Assembly (NCBI GenBank): GCA_963768835.1 | Contig: CAVYJB010000002.1 | Location: forward strand, 362,466-426,465 | Source: an uncultured bacterium | GTDB lineage: Bacteria > Patescibacteriota > Minisyncoccia > UBA6257 > GWB1-50-10 | Length of the DNA: 64,000 nt | Reading direction: 5' to 3' | Part shown: positions 9,248 to 17,799 of the stretch, piece by piece | How positions within the stretch are numbered: position 1 is the stretch's first letter | Layout of the letters: each line of letters starts with the position of its first letter | The notes under the pieces: model-generated | The model's input: the letters and a program-made list of their open reading frames with translations, nothing else | Databases searched by the model: none | Told to the model about the DNA's origin: nothing | Program-made: the position numbers and the translations under genes

Positions 9248-9297
9248 GCTTCTAGCAAGAAACCTCACGTTTCCCCTCACAACCCTAGAGAGAAGAC

Positions 9298-10161
9298 ATG
9301 AAAACCTCAGCGCAGGAAGCAAAAGGACAGCAGAAGCCCCTCGAAGGACAGGACATCGAGATCGCCGGTCGCATGGACTGCGGGGAGATCGGCGAAGAGT
9401 TGCAGCGGCAGATCCTGCCCTACGCCAAAGACAAGACGCTGGTCGTCGCAACTCCGACGGTCGCGGCTGTCACCGATTCGCGGAGCGAATGGGGTTCGAC
9501 CGGCGGCATCGGCTACTACAGCCAGGTCCGCGTTTTCTGCGGAAGCCAGAACGAGATGCAGGAATGGCAGTGGCGCGATCGCTACAATGTGAGCAAGGAC
9601 AAGCCGTGGCTCGCCGTCGATCACCTCGGAGAGGTGAAGGTGTCGGAGAAGGACGGGAAGGTGATCGTGGAGGTCGAGCTCCTGAACAATCACTACCCCA
9701 GCCGCACCGCTACCTTCACGTTCAACCCCTCGAAGGCGGAGACCGTTCAGATGCTTTCGATGGAAGCGCAAACGGCCTTCGTCACGACGGCGGAGAACGA
9801 GATCGCCCGCATCATGGACGGGCTCAACCGGCTGTGGAAGGCCAAACCCTCCCAGTTGCCAGACTACCCGGACGCCGGCTACGTCCCGTACCGCCAGCCT
9901 TCCGTTAAACAGCGGGAGTTTCGCCCCGAGATCGGTGTCGCCGCCTTTGTGACCGAGGAGCAAATCGATCACCTGGGAAGCGATCGCCAGATGCGGTACG
10001 AGCTCTACGTGCTGACGGCGGGGAGCGGGAAGGCCGAACGCAAGGCCGATGATCACGGCTATGGTCGCGAAGGCGGTGCGTTCCTCGCGATTCTCGAGGT
10101 CAAACCGGACCGCATCGTCATCAACACCAAGCGTGGGAAGTCAACGATTTCTCTCCGTTGA
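9298..10161 (+). CDS. hypothetical cytoplasmic protein
   Basis: ORF driven by a promoter/leader module nearly identical to that of 8196..9050. Terminator at 10204..10242. Confidence 0.45.
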   Translation: MKTSAQEAKGQQKPLEGQDIEIAGRMDCGEIGEELQRQILPYAKDKTLVVATPTVAAVTDSRSEWGSTGGIGYYSQVRVFCGSQNEMQEWQWRDRYNVSKDKPWLAVDHLGEVKVSEKDGKVIVEVELLNNHYPSRTATFTFNPSKAETVQMLSMEAQTAFVTTAENEIARIMDGLNRLWKAKPSQLPDYPDAGYVPYRQPSVKQREFRPEIGVAAFVTEEQIDHLGSDRQMRYELYVLTAGSGKAERKADDHGYGREGGAFLAILEVKPDRIVINTKRGKSTISLR

Positions 10162-10203
10162 CCCCCGGGTCAGGAACTTCGGAAGCGAAAGGAGGTGATT
10201 CAC

Positions 10204-10242
10204 AGCCACCCCGCGAGTATTCAACGGGTGGCTTTTATTTAT
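10204..10242 (+). terminator. intrinsic terminator
   Basis: agccaccc cgcgagtattcaac gggtggct tttatttat. Confidence 0.65.
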
Positions 10243-10311
10243 CCCGGACGGATTCGTCGTTCGTCTTTTGCCGCGGAATCTCAGTTGAGGTCCCGCCCCC
10301 TTTGGTTTAGT

Positions 10312-12087
10312 ATGAACCCAATGCCCCCGGGAACCCTCGCTTGCAAGAACTGCAAGCAATCCTTCGCGATTGAACAGGACGACCTCAGTTTCTACGAGAA
10401 GATGCAGGTCCCTGCTCCGACGTTTTGCCCCTCTTGCAGACGGCAGCGGAGGTTTTTATGGAGGAATGAACGGTCGCTCTATAAGCGGCAGAGCGATTTC
10501 TCAGGGAAGGAAATCATTTGCCTGTACTCTAAGGAGAAACCGTTCAAGGTTTACGACCAGAAGGAATGGTGGGGCGACGAGTGGAGCGCTATCACGTATG
10601 GCAGGGCGTACAATTTTTCTAAACCATTTTTCACACAATTTTACGAACTCCAGCGAGAGGTTCCCCGGCTTTCCATTTTCAATCAGCAGTGCACGAATGC
10701 CGACTACACCAACCAGTCGTACGAGAACAAAGACTGCTATCTTTGTTTCAGTGTTGCGAAGTCAGAGGAGAGCGCTTACTGCGCCAATATCAACGAGGTA
10801 AAGCAGACGCTCGATTCCCTTTACCTCACAAAATCCGAGCTCGTATACGAGGGAATCGATTCAGAGCAGTGCTACAACTCCACGTTCCTCATCAATTCAG
10901 ACAACTGCATCAATTGTGCATTCCTGTTTGACTGTAAGAATTGTACGGATTGTATAGGAGGGGTTGGTCTACGGAATAAGCAACACGTCTTTTGGGGGGA
11001 GCAGCTCACGAAGGAGGCTTACGAACGAGAGAAGAACACTTTCGATCTGGGGAGCCGCCTGAAGCAGCAGGAAGCGAAAAAGAGGTTTGCGGACCTTATT
11101 CTCGGCTTCCCGCGTGTCTCGGAGCGATTCAAGAAATGCAGTTCCTGTACGGGGGATCTGCTTACGAACTGCAAGAATGTGAAGGAAGGATTCGGCGCAT
11201 TCGACCTCGAGGACTGCCGCTACAGCGCTCGAATCTACAGCTGCAAGGACACGCATGACAGCTATGGGTTGGGTGAAAGCCAATTGGCATATGAGACCAT
11301 CGGGAATCAAACCATCTACAACGTCGCTTTCTCGAACATTACGAGCGACTCCCGGAACTGCCGCTACTCAGACCTTTGCTTCAACTGCGAGGACTGCTTT
11401 GGCTGCGTGGGCTTGCGAAAGAAACAGTACTGCATTTTAAACAAACAGTACTCCCAGGAGGATTATGAAGCGCTCATCCCTAAAATCGTTGAGCATATGG
11501 CTACGATGCCGTTCGTTGATACGCAGGGACATGCGTATGTCTACGGTGAGTTTTTCCCTCCGGAATTTTCCCCCTTCGCATATAACGAGACCATTGCACA
11601 GGAGTATTTCCCACTAGGAAAAGAGAAAGCCGCCCAGCAAAAGTACGTGTGGAAAGACTCCGAGGTGAGGGATTACAAGATTACCAAGAGGCCCGGGGAA
11701 CTTCCAGATCACATCAAAGATGTCGGCGACGAAATACTCAACGATGTCATCGGATGCGAACATGATGGTAACTGCAAGGAGCAGTGCGCTACAGCGTTCC
11801 GGCTGACCAAGGAAGAATTGGCGTTCTATCGGCGGATGAACATTCCGCTCCCTCGGTTGTGCTCAAATTGCCGACACTATGAACGCTTAGGGAAGAGGAA
11901 TCCTTTGATGGTGTGGGGTCGCGCTTGCCAGTGCGTTGGGATGAAGTCCGAGAATGGCGTCTACCAGAATACCGTCACCCACCAGCACGGGGCAGGGAAG
12001 TGTCCCAACAAGTTCGAGACTTCTTATGCGCCGGACCGCAAGGAGATCGTCTACTGCGAGCAGTGCTACAACGCGGAGGTCGTATAG
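10312..12087 (+). CDS. Cys-rich repeat protein, paralog A (zinc-ribbon-like N- and C-terminal motifs)
   Basis: N-terminus CKNCKQSFAIEQDDLSFYEKMQVPAPTFCPSCRRQRRFLWRNERSLYKR. The C-terminus repeats the motif (AFRLTKEELAFYRRMNIPLPRLCSNCRHYERL). Internal C.[DN]C.GCVGLR repeats. Homologous along its length to 44453..46114. Confidence 0.6.
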   Translation: MNPMPPGTLACKNCKQSFAIEQDDLSFYEKMQVPAPTFCPSCRRQRRFLWRNERSLYKRQSDFSGKEIICLYSKEKPFKVYDQKEWWGDEWSAITYGRAYNFSKPFFTQFYELQREVPRLSIFNQQCTNADYTNQSYENKDCYLCFSVAKSEESAYCANINEVKQTLDSLYLTKSELVYEGIDSEQCYNSTFLINSDNCINCAFLFDCKNCTDCIGGVGLRNKQHVFWGEQLTKEAYEREKNTFDLGSRLKQQEAKKRFADLILGFPRVSERFKKCSSCTGDLLTNCKNVKEGFGAFDLEDCRYSARIYSCKDTHDSYGLGESQLAYETIGNQTIYNVAFSNITSDSRNCRYSDLCFNCEDCFGCVGLRKKQYCILNKQYSQEDYEALIPKIVEHMATMPFVDTQGHAYVYGEFFPPEFSPFAYNETIAQEYFPLGKEKAAQQKYVWKDSEVRDYKITKRPGELPDHIKDVGDEILNDVIGCEHDGNCKEQCATAFRLTKEELAFYRRMNIPLPRLCSNCRHYERLGKRNPLMVWGRACQCVGMKSENGVYQNTVTHQHGAGKCPNKFETSYAPDRKEIVYCEQCYNAEVV

Positions 12088-12127
12088 CAGTCGGTTTCGG
12101 CCGTCCTAAGGAAATCCAAGGGGTATA

Positions 12128-12157
12128 TTGACAAATAGCATTTATATATGCTATAAT
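12128..12157 (+). promoter_or_regulatory. consensus promoter TTGACA-N18-TATAAT (module copy 3, different leader)
   Basis: ttgacaaatagcatttatatatgctataat. The spacer core CATT(T)ATATATGC is shared with copy 1. Confidence 0.65.
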
Positions 12158-12162
12158 GTTAA

Positions 12163-12184
12163 CACAGAATCGAATGATTCTGTG
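12163..12184 (+). promoter_or_regulatory. perfect 9-bp inverted repeat cacagaatc-gaat-gattctgtg, starting 6 nt after the -10 box of promoter 3
   Basis: Seen directly. Overlaps the predicted TSS. Confidence 0.4.
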
Positions 12185-12257
12185 CCCTTCTCCCCGCCCA
12201 GTCTGGGGCATCGGAAGGGAGCTCTTTCAAAAACAACAGACAGACCGGAGAAATCCT

Positions 12258-12638
12258 ATGAAGACCGAACGAACACTGACCGGTGGCGAACTGGCACGGT
12301 ACGGCTTTGTGCATGTGACGGGGTTGCCCACGCGGCGCGGCATCGAAGATGAACAGATAATCTGGGCGCGTCCCGATCAGTACGGTCGCTACGAAGGCAA
12401 CAATGGAATGGAAGTCGCGATTACGGTCGACGGCGAGGTGTGGCTTCGCTCCGTTCCGAATCGAAAGACGGAAGACCCTTCTGTGTTGGAAACGCTCAAG
12501 AAGCTCTGCCCGAACGGTACAGGAGCGTTTGTTCCTTGCAGCAACGGGGAAGCGATACCTTCCCACATGGTTCTGGAGAGAATCTCAGACCCTCTCTCGG
12601 ATCACTACGGCCTCTATTCTCCTGAGATCCGACAATAA
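12258..12638 (+). CDS. hypothetical small protein
   Basis: ATG with GGAG RBS. Promoter at 12128..12157 and terminator at 12662..12694. Confidence 0.4.
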   Translation: MKTERTLTGGELARYGFVHVTGLPTRRGIEDEQIIWARPDQYGRYEGNNGMEVAITVDGEVWLRSVPNRKTEDPSVLETLKKLCPNGTGAFVPCSNGEAIPSHMVLERISDPLSDHYGLYSPEIRQ

Positions 12639-12661
12639 GACGTAGAAGTCGGAATGCTAAC

Positions 12662-12694
12662 GAGCGGGACTCCCAAGCCCCGCTCTTTTTATTT
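12662..12694 (+). terminator. intrinsic terminator
   Basis: gagcggg actcccaag ccccgctc tttttattt. Confidence 0.65.
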
Positions 12695-12726
12695 CATGAG
12701 ATAATTTCTTTCTCCGTCCCGAATGC

Positions 12727-12755
12727 TTGACAGAATGGCCGTATTTGTTTATCAT
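12727..12755 (+). promoter_or_regulatory. promoter TTGACA-N17-TATCAT for 12848..13300
   Basis: Direct match. Confidence 0.5.
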
Positions 12756-12847
12756 ACTGCTCGGCTGTGGGCTCGACGGAATTGCAGGGAGCATATGCCC
12801 ATATTGACATATCACACATACACCCACTCACCCGAAAGGAGTACCCC

Positions 12848-13300
12848 ATGAAATGGTTGCCTGCGCTGCTCGCGAAGGTAGAATCGTTCCCGGACGAAAG
12901 CATCAAAGCCCAGGAACCTACCACGAAAGTGGCCGATGGCGAAAAGGTCCTCGGCGTGGTTCCCGAAGGCGTGCGGAAATACATCGCCTATTACGGCGCC
13001 CAGGTCGATCGCATCCGCGAGATGAGAAAGGCTCACCTAATGGAGCACATGGGCCCGAACCACACACTGGAGATGTGCAAGAAGTTCAGGGCTGCGATTT
13101 CCCTCATCAAAGAGGAGAACGAGGTTGTCGCAAAGGCGTTCTGGCGAGATATCCGGAACGAGTTCAAGGCGGAAAACTGCAACCTCGGTGTTCGGAAGGG
13201 ATGGAAGGTCGTCGAAAAGCCGGAGAAGGAGGAATCTGGCATCGAGATCATCAGTGTCGAGGTGGGCTCGCTCGCGGACCTGCTGAATCTCGGCGGGTAG
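12848..13300 (+). CDS. hypothetical protein
   Basis: ATG preceded by an AAAGGAG RBS. Promoter TTGACA-N17-TATCAT at 12727..12755. Terminator at 13384..13421. Confidence 0.45.
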   Translation: MKWLPALLAKVESFPDESIKAQEPTTKVADGEKVLGVVPEGVRKYIAYYGAQVDRIREMRKAHLMEHMGPNHTLEMCKKFRAAISLIKEENEVVAKAFWRDIRNEFKAENCNLGVRKGWKVVEKPEKEESGIEIISVEVGSLADLLNLGG

Positions 13301-13383
13301 CCGAGATCGGTATCCGCAGGACAGCGTAAGGGACCTGCCGAGACACGAAGGGGACAAAACCACAACAAGAGGAGGTGAGTTAG

Positions 13384-13421
13384 ACCGCCCGATTCTTCGG
13401 AATCGTGCGGTCTTTTTATTT
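13384..13421 (+). terminator. intrinsic terminator
   Basis: gaccgcccgatt cttcgg aatcgtgcggtc tttttattt. Confidence 0.65.
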
Positions 13422-13499
13422 GTCTCCGTGCCGCCTGCTGCGATCGGCCCGTAGGGTATAATAAGAGAGGTCGCAACGACCGTTTCTAGCAACGAATCC

Positions 13500-13940
13500 A
13501 TGGACACAGTTTCAGACCCGAATTCGGCTCCTCAGGCTCCCGTACCGCCCGCAATCCTCGTCAAAAAGAAAATCTGTCCCCAGTGCCATCAGCCGGTGCT
13601 CCCGGAGTACTATTTCTGCCCCAACTGCGGCAAGAACCTCGAGGAGAAGCCTTTATCCACGACGGTGGGGGCCCAGATATGGCTTTATACCTTCAGCCTC
13701 ATCCTGATGCCCATGACCTGTTATCTCATCTACAGCAAATGGCAGGGATGGAAATATTTTAAGTCGGACGATCCCAAGGCCAAAGACATAGGGCTGATAT
13801 CCATCATTCTTCTTGGCGTCTCGTTTCTCCTGCTCATCTGGATCACATGGGCGGGGATCGCAGCGCTCCAGAAGTATTGGCTGACGGAGGAATCCAGCAT
13901 CAATACCATGGGCCTCGGTGGATTGGGAAGCGGGTTGTAA
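13500..13940 (+). CDS. zinc-ribbon membrane protein
   Basis: N-terminal CPQCHQ..(16)..CPNCGKNL zinc ribbon followed by 2-3 TM helices. Confidence 0.5.
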   Translation: MDTVSDPNSAPQAPVPPAILVKKKICPQCHQPVLPEYYFCPNCGKNLEEKPLSTTVGAQIWLYTFSLILMPMTCYLIYSKWQGWKYFKSDDPKAKDIGLISIILLGVSFLLLIWITWAGIAALQKYWLTEESSINTMGLGGLGSGL

Positions 13941-14091
13941 TCGGGTTCGCGCGATAAAAGAATTCAGGGGAAACCACGGGCGTGAGTCCGTGGAATTTCT
14001 TTGACTTTCGGGGTTCGTGTGGCGTATCGTGGGCCCAGCAGCCAGTGGGGCTGTATCTGCACATTCCCAACTAAAGAAGGGAGCATAAGCC

Positions 14092-14976
14092 ATGGATCGG
14101 AACTTCCGAAAGATGCTGGAGGAACAATGGGCGCGCGGCAAGTTCGTCTGTGTAGGGCTCGACAGCGAGTACGGGAAAATCCCTGCGCACCTTCGCAAAG
14201 ACGACATCTACCGAGGTCTCCTGGACTTCAACGAGGCCATCGTGGATGCCACGAAGGATATCGCGTGCGCGTACAAACCGAACGCCGCCTTCTATGAGAT
14301 GCACGGGACGCAGGGGGTAACGGCGCTTGCGGAATCGATACTCTATGTCCGGACCGTCGCGCCCGAGGTCCCCGTCATTCTGGATTTCAAACGGGGCGAT
14401 ATCGGGAACACCAACGACGGGTATGTGGCGGAGGCGTTCACCTATTACCAGGCGGATGCGGTGACCGTGAACCCCTATCTCGGCCGGGAAGCCCTGAAGC
14501 CGTTCCTTGACCGCGAGGACAAGGGCATCATCGTCGTCTGCTGCACCTCCAACCCTGGAGGGGGCGAGTTCCAGCGCATACCGGTCATCCCCGAGTGGAT
14601 GATCAATGGGTCGATACCACTGTACCAGTACGTCGCGCGGAGGGTCTTCAACGAATGGAACCGCAACGGCAACTGCGCACTTGTGGTGGGCGCGCCCTAC
14701 CCCGACGATCTCCGGAAGGTCCGCGAAATTGTCGGTGACATGCCCATCCTCATCCCGGGCGTCGGATTCCAGCAGAAAAACGTGCCCATCGAAACACAGG
14801 TGGAACAGGTCGTTTCCGCGGGCGGGGACAGCCGCTGGCAGGGGATGATCATCAACTCCTCGCGCGGCATCATCTTCGCCTCGAGCGGCACGGACTTTGC
14901 CGAGGCGGCACGCCGCGAAACCCTGAAGCTTCATGACCTCATCAACCAATATCGCAGAAAGGAGAAGAAGCCTTGA
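14092..14976 (+). CDS. pyrF: orotidine 5'-phosphate decarboxylase (type 2, long form)
   Basis: DFKRGDIGNT active-site motif, typical of type-2 OMP decarboxylases. 4-nt overlap with pyrE. Confidence 0.85.
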   Translation: MDRNFRKMLEEQWARGKFVCVGLDSEYGKIPAHLRKDDIYRGLLDFNEAIVDATKDIACAYKPNAAFYEMHGTQGVTALAESILYVRTVAPEVPVILDFKRGDIGNTNDGYVAEAFTYYQADAVTVNPYLGREALKPFLDREDKGIIVVCCTSNPGGGEFQRIPVIPEWMINGSIPLYQYVARRVFNEWNRNGNCALVVGAPYPDDLRKVREIVGDMPILIPGVGFQQKNVPIETQVEQVVSAGGDSRWQGMIINSSRGIIFASSGTDFAEAARRETLKLHDLINQYRRKEKKP

Positions 14977-15659
14977 ACGAACAGGAAGTTCTGCAGATTT
15001 TCGGTGACACCGGGGCGGTCATCACCGACAGCCACATCGTGTACACCTCCGGAAAGCACGGCAAGGCCTACGTCAATAAGGACGCGGTCTATCCGCACAC
15101 CCGGGAGACATCCCGTCTCTGCCGCGCCATCGCCGAATGGTTCTCGAAGGATCGTGTCGATGCGGTCATCGCACCTGCGGTGGGCGGCGTGATCCTCTCC
15201 CAGTGGACCGCGCACCACCTCACCGAGTTGACCGGGCAGCAGGTATTCGGGGTCTACGCCGAAAAGGATCCGGTGACGGTGGCCGAGCCGGGCGAAATTG
15301 TCGGGGTGCCGATCGGATGGCGGTTCGTCATCAAACACGGCTACGATAAGTTCATTGCCGGCAAACGCGTGCTGGTGGTGGAGGACGTCATGACCACCGG
15401 CGGTTCTGTCAAAAAGGTGATCGCGGCCACGCGGGCGATCGGAGGTACTGTCGTCGGTCTCGGCGTCCTCTGCAACCGCGGTGGGATCACCGCGCACGAC
15501 GTGGGGGATATCCCGAGGCTTTTCTCACTCCTGGACGTGAAGCTCGAGGCCTGGGATCCTGCCGACTGTCCGCTCTGCAAGAACGGAGTCCCTATCAACA
15601 CCGAGGTCGGCAAGGGGCGGGAGTTCCTGGCGCAGAAGGCGACAGTGATAGCGTCCTGA
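14973..15659 (+). CDS. pyrE: orotate phosphoribosyltransferase
   Basis: PRPP-binding motif VLVVEDVMTTGGS. Translationally coupled to pyrF. Terminator at 15701..15739. Confidence 0.85.
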   Translation: MNEQEVLQIFGDTGAVITDSHIVYTSGKHGKAYVNKDAVYPHTRETSRLCRAIAEWFSKDRVDAVIAPAVGGVILSQWTAHHLTELTGQQVFGVYAEKDPVTVAEPGEIVGVPIGWRFVIKHGYDKFIAGKRVLVVEDVMTTGGSVKKVIAATRAIGGTVVGLGVLCNRGGITAHDVGDIPRLFSLLDVKLEAWDPADCPLCKNGVPINTEVGKGREFLAQKATVIAS

Positions 15660-15700
15660 GCATGGCTTTACGGTAGTATTTTCTTCACATTCCACAGGAA

Positions 15701-15739
15701 GGGTGTGCGCGGAGCAATCTGCGCACGCCCTCTTTTTTT
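15701..15739 (+). terminator. intrinsic terminator after pyrE
   Basis: gggtgtgcgc ggagcaatct gcgcacgccc tcttttttt. Confidence 0.65.
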
Positions 15740-15892
15740 AGCATCAGAAATGGAACACGTGAGACACGGGTGGAACACATGGCACAGCGCACTGTCCCAC
15801 GGGATTCCCCTTTGTTTCCCGAGCGAAAACGGTCGTCCGAGGCCAAAATGGGACACGCCCTACATGCCTGTTTCGTGTCCCATATTGTTCCA

Positions 15893-16477
15893 CTATTTGG
15901 CCCGTCGGGCGCGGATCCGGGCGGCGCGGCGGGCGGCCACCTTCTCCGGGAACTGCTCGGCGAAGCGCTTCCGGTATGCCACACGGCTGTCCCGCTTCGT
16001 CTTCTTCACATGGCAGGGGACGCAGAGGAGCTGGGCGTTCGCAAGCTCGTTCTTGCCGCCCAACGCGATAGGGCGGATGTGGTCGAGGGTGAGCGGGACG
16101 TCCTTCGCCCCGCACGCGGCGCACCGCGCCCCGTCGCGCTCGATGAGCTTTTCCTTGATGCGCTGCCGGGCGGTCGAGGAGCCCCCGTCCCGGTCGTACC
16201 GCGTCTCGGCGTTGTCGTGCTCGTGGATAGGGCAGTGGCCGTGCTTCAGCTTGTACTCGAGGTACCCCACGAGCTTCTCGAGCTCCTCCAAGGACGCGGT
16301 TTTCAGGCTCTCGCCGATGTGCCCCTCCACCCAGCGGCTGGCCTCGAATCGCTCGCGGCGGTTGTCCATGTTCCAGATCTCCGAACGGAGGCGGTGACAG
16401 TGGTATCGGAGGACGCTCATACGGCGCGCTCGTTCATCCATCTCTCCATACTGTGGGGAACCCGTGAGCCTGGTCAA
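15893..16477 (-). CDS. stand-alone HNH endonuclease
   Basis: C-terminal CAACGAKDVPLTLDHIRPIALGGKNELANAQLLCVPCHVKKT, an HNH motif with Cys pairs. Lone minus-strand gene between pyrE and a secreted-protein gene. Confidence 0.7.
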   Translation of the reverse strand: MTRLTGSPQYGEMDERARRMSVLRYHCHRLRSEIWNMDNRRERFEASRWVEGHIGESLKTASLEELEKLVGYLEYKLKHGHCPIHEHDNAETRYDRDGGSSTARQRIKEKLIERDGARCAACGAKDVPLTLDHIRPIALGGKNELANAQLLCVPCHVKKTKRDSRVAYRKRFAEQFPEKVAARRAARIRARRAK

Positions 16478-16570
16478 GCGCCGAAGCCCTTGACATCACT
16501 TGCGAAAAAGATTTACTCTCCAGCTAGCACTGCATTCATCCGAATCGTTCACAATCGCATAGGTGAAGTT

Positions 16571-17281
16571 ATGAAACGACTGTTGCCGTTCTTCATTGTC
16601 CTTTTCGCGCTGATTCCAACACGTGCGGGGGCGCAGGGCTTCTATGGAACCATGGACCCCTACGTCTGGAATGCGCTGGAGAACATGGGCATCGATCCCG
16701 ACAGCGTGCTCAAAGTCGAGACTTTCGCCTACATCAAGTACGAGCTCTCGGCGTCCGGCAAGGAATACCTTCCCCGGTCCGCATGGGAAAAAGCCGTCCG
16801 CGATATTCTCGCGACGCGCTCCGACCAGCTTCTTCTCTTTCAGGGATGGAGCGACACCAAGCCCTTCCAATCGAAGAAGCAGAACGCTCCGAAGAATCGT
16901 CTCCTCGGGTATGACCGTTCCCGACCCGCCTTTGACACCGCGGTCGCCAGGGGAAAGCGGGCTCTCTTGCTCGACCCCCTCAACGATCAGAAAGTCCGGG
17001 GTTTCGGTATGTGGCGCGTGACTCCAAGGCCCGCGCCCGTGTATGCAACGAAGAAACGCGTGGATCACGTGGAAGAGCGCGTCGACCACGCGGAAGAACG
17101 CGTCGACCATATCGAGGGGCACCTGGGTCTCGTGGACTCTGCGGTGGGTAGCCTGGGCGAACGCGTCGCACGGCTCGAAGGAGGAGGGGTAACTCGCAAC
17201 CGTGGGATCTCGCGCACATCTGGGCAGGGTACGGGTTCACTCCCTTGGGCACCGGAAGAGCCGAGCATCCGAGCGGCGTGA
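16571..17281 (+). CDS. secreted protein with coiled-coil heptad repeats (RVDHVEERVDHAEERVDHIEGHLGLVD)
   Basis: Signal peptide MKRLLPFFIVLFALIPTRAGAQG. May continue in another frame into 17245..17661. Confidence 0.45.
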   Translation: MKRLLPFFIVLFALIPTRAGAQGFYGTMDPYVWNALENMGIDPDSVLKVETFAYIKYELSASGKEYLPRSAWEKAVRDILATRSDQLLLFQGWSDTKPFQSKKQNAPKNRLLGYDRSRPAFDTAVARGKRALLLDPLNDQKVRGFGMWRVTPRPAPVYATKKRVDHVEERVDHAEERVDHIEGHLGLVDSAVGSLGERVARLEGGGVTRNRGISRTSGQGTGSLPWAPEEPSIRAA

Positions 17282-17661
17282 ATATCGCCCTGTCCTTCCC
17301 GATGATCGACCTGCTCGAGTTCGGAGCTTTCGTCAACGGCTCCTATCAGGGTCAGGGAGGCATCACGGCGTACGGGGAGTGGACCATGTCTCTTCTGGGG
17401 GACGGTCCGCGGCTCTGTCTCACGGCGGGCGGCGCAGTCTCATTCTTCCGGAACCGGGACCTGGCGGCAGTTGCGCCCTCGAGGACCTTCAAGTGGGGAG
17501 GACTCTATGTGGGGCCGAAGCTCTATATACCGCTCGGCGACCGCCTCCTCGAGCTCTTCGCGGGAGCCTATCCGAACGCGGAGGTCATCTACAATCTCCA
17601 TAGCATTCGTCTCCACGATTGGTCTGGGTGGGTACTCCGAGCCTCGGTTCTCGTGTTCTGA
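17245..17661 (+). CDS. hypothetical beta-rich domain ending in ...VLVF; possibly the frameshifted C-terminal part of 16571..17281
   Basis: Overlaps the upstream ORF by 37 nt in a different frame. Aromatic/Gly-rich, ends in Phe. Terminator at 17684..17713 follows. Confidence 0.3.
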   Translation: MGTGRAEHPSGVNIALSFPMIDLLEFGAFVNGSYQGQGGITAYGEWTMSLLGDGPRLCLTAGGAVSFFRNRDLAAVAPSRTFKWGGLYVGPKLYIPLGDRLLELFAGAYPNAEVIYNLHSIRLHDWSGWVLRASVLVF

Positions 17662-17683
17662 CAGTGGGACGATTTGTCCTGGG

Positions 17684-17713
17684 GGCTGGCGTTTATCTCG
17701 CCAGCCTTTTTTT
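17684..17713 (+). terminator. intrinsic terminator
   Basis: ggctggcg tttatct cgccagcc ttttttt. Confidence 0.65.
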
Positions 17714-17799
17714 AATCCTACCGGCCTGAAATAAAACGCCTCCGCAGGGCGTAATTAATAGCACATCGAAAGGTCGATTGTTCCCTTTAAAGCATAACC

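Noticed and set aside
10195-10311. Upstream GTG at 10195 with an AAAGGAGG Shine-Dalgarno as an alternative start for the Cys-rich protein
   Set aside because: The SD-to-GTG spacing is only 1 nt, and the extension would run straight through the terminator hairpin (10204..10242) of the upstream gene. The ATG at 10312 is preferred.
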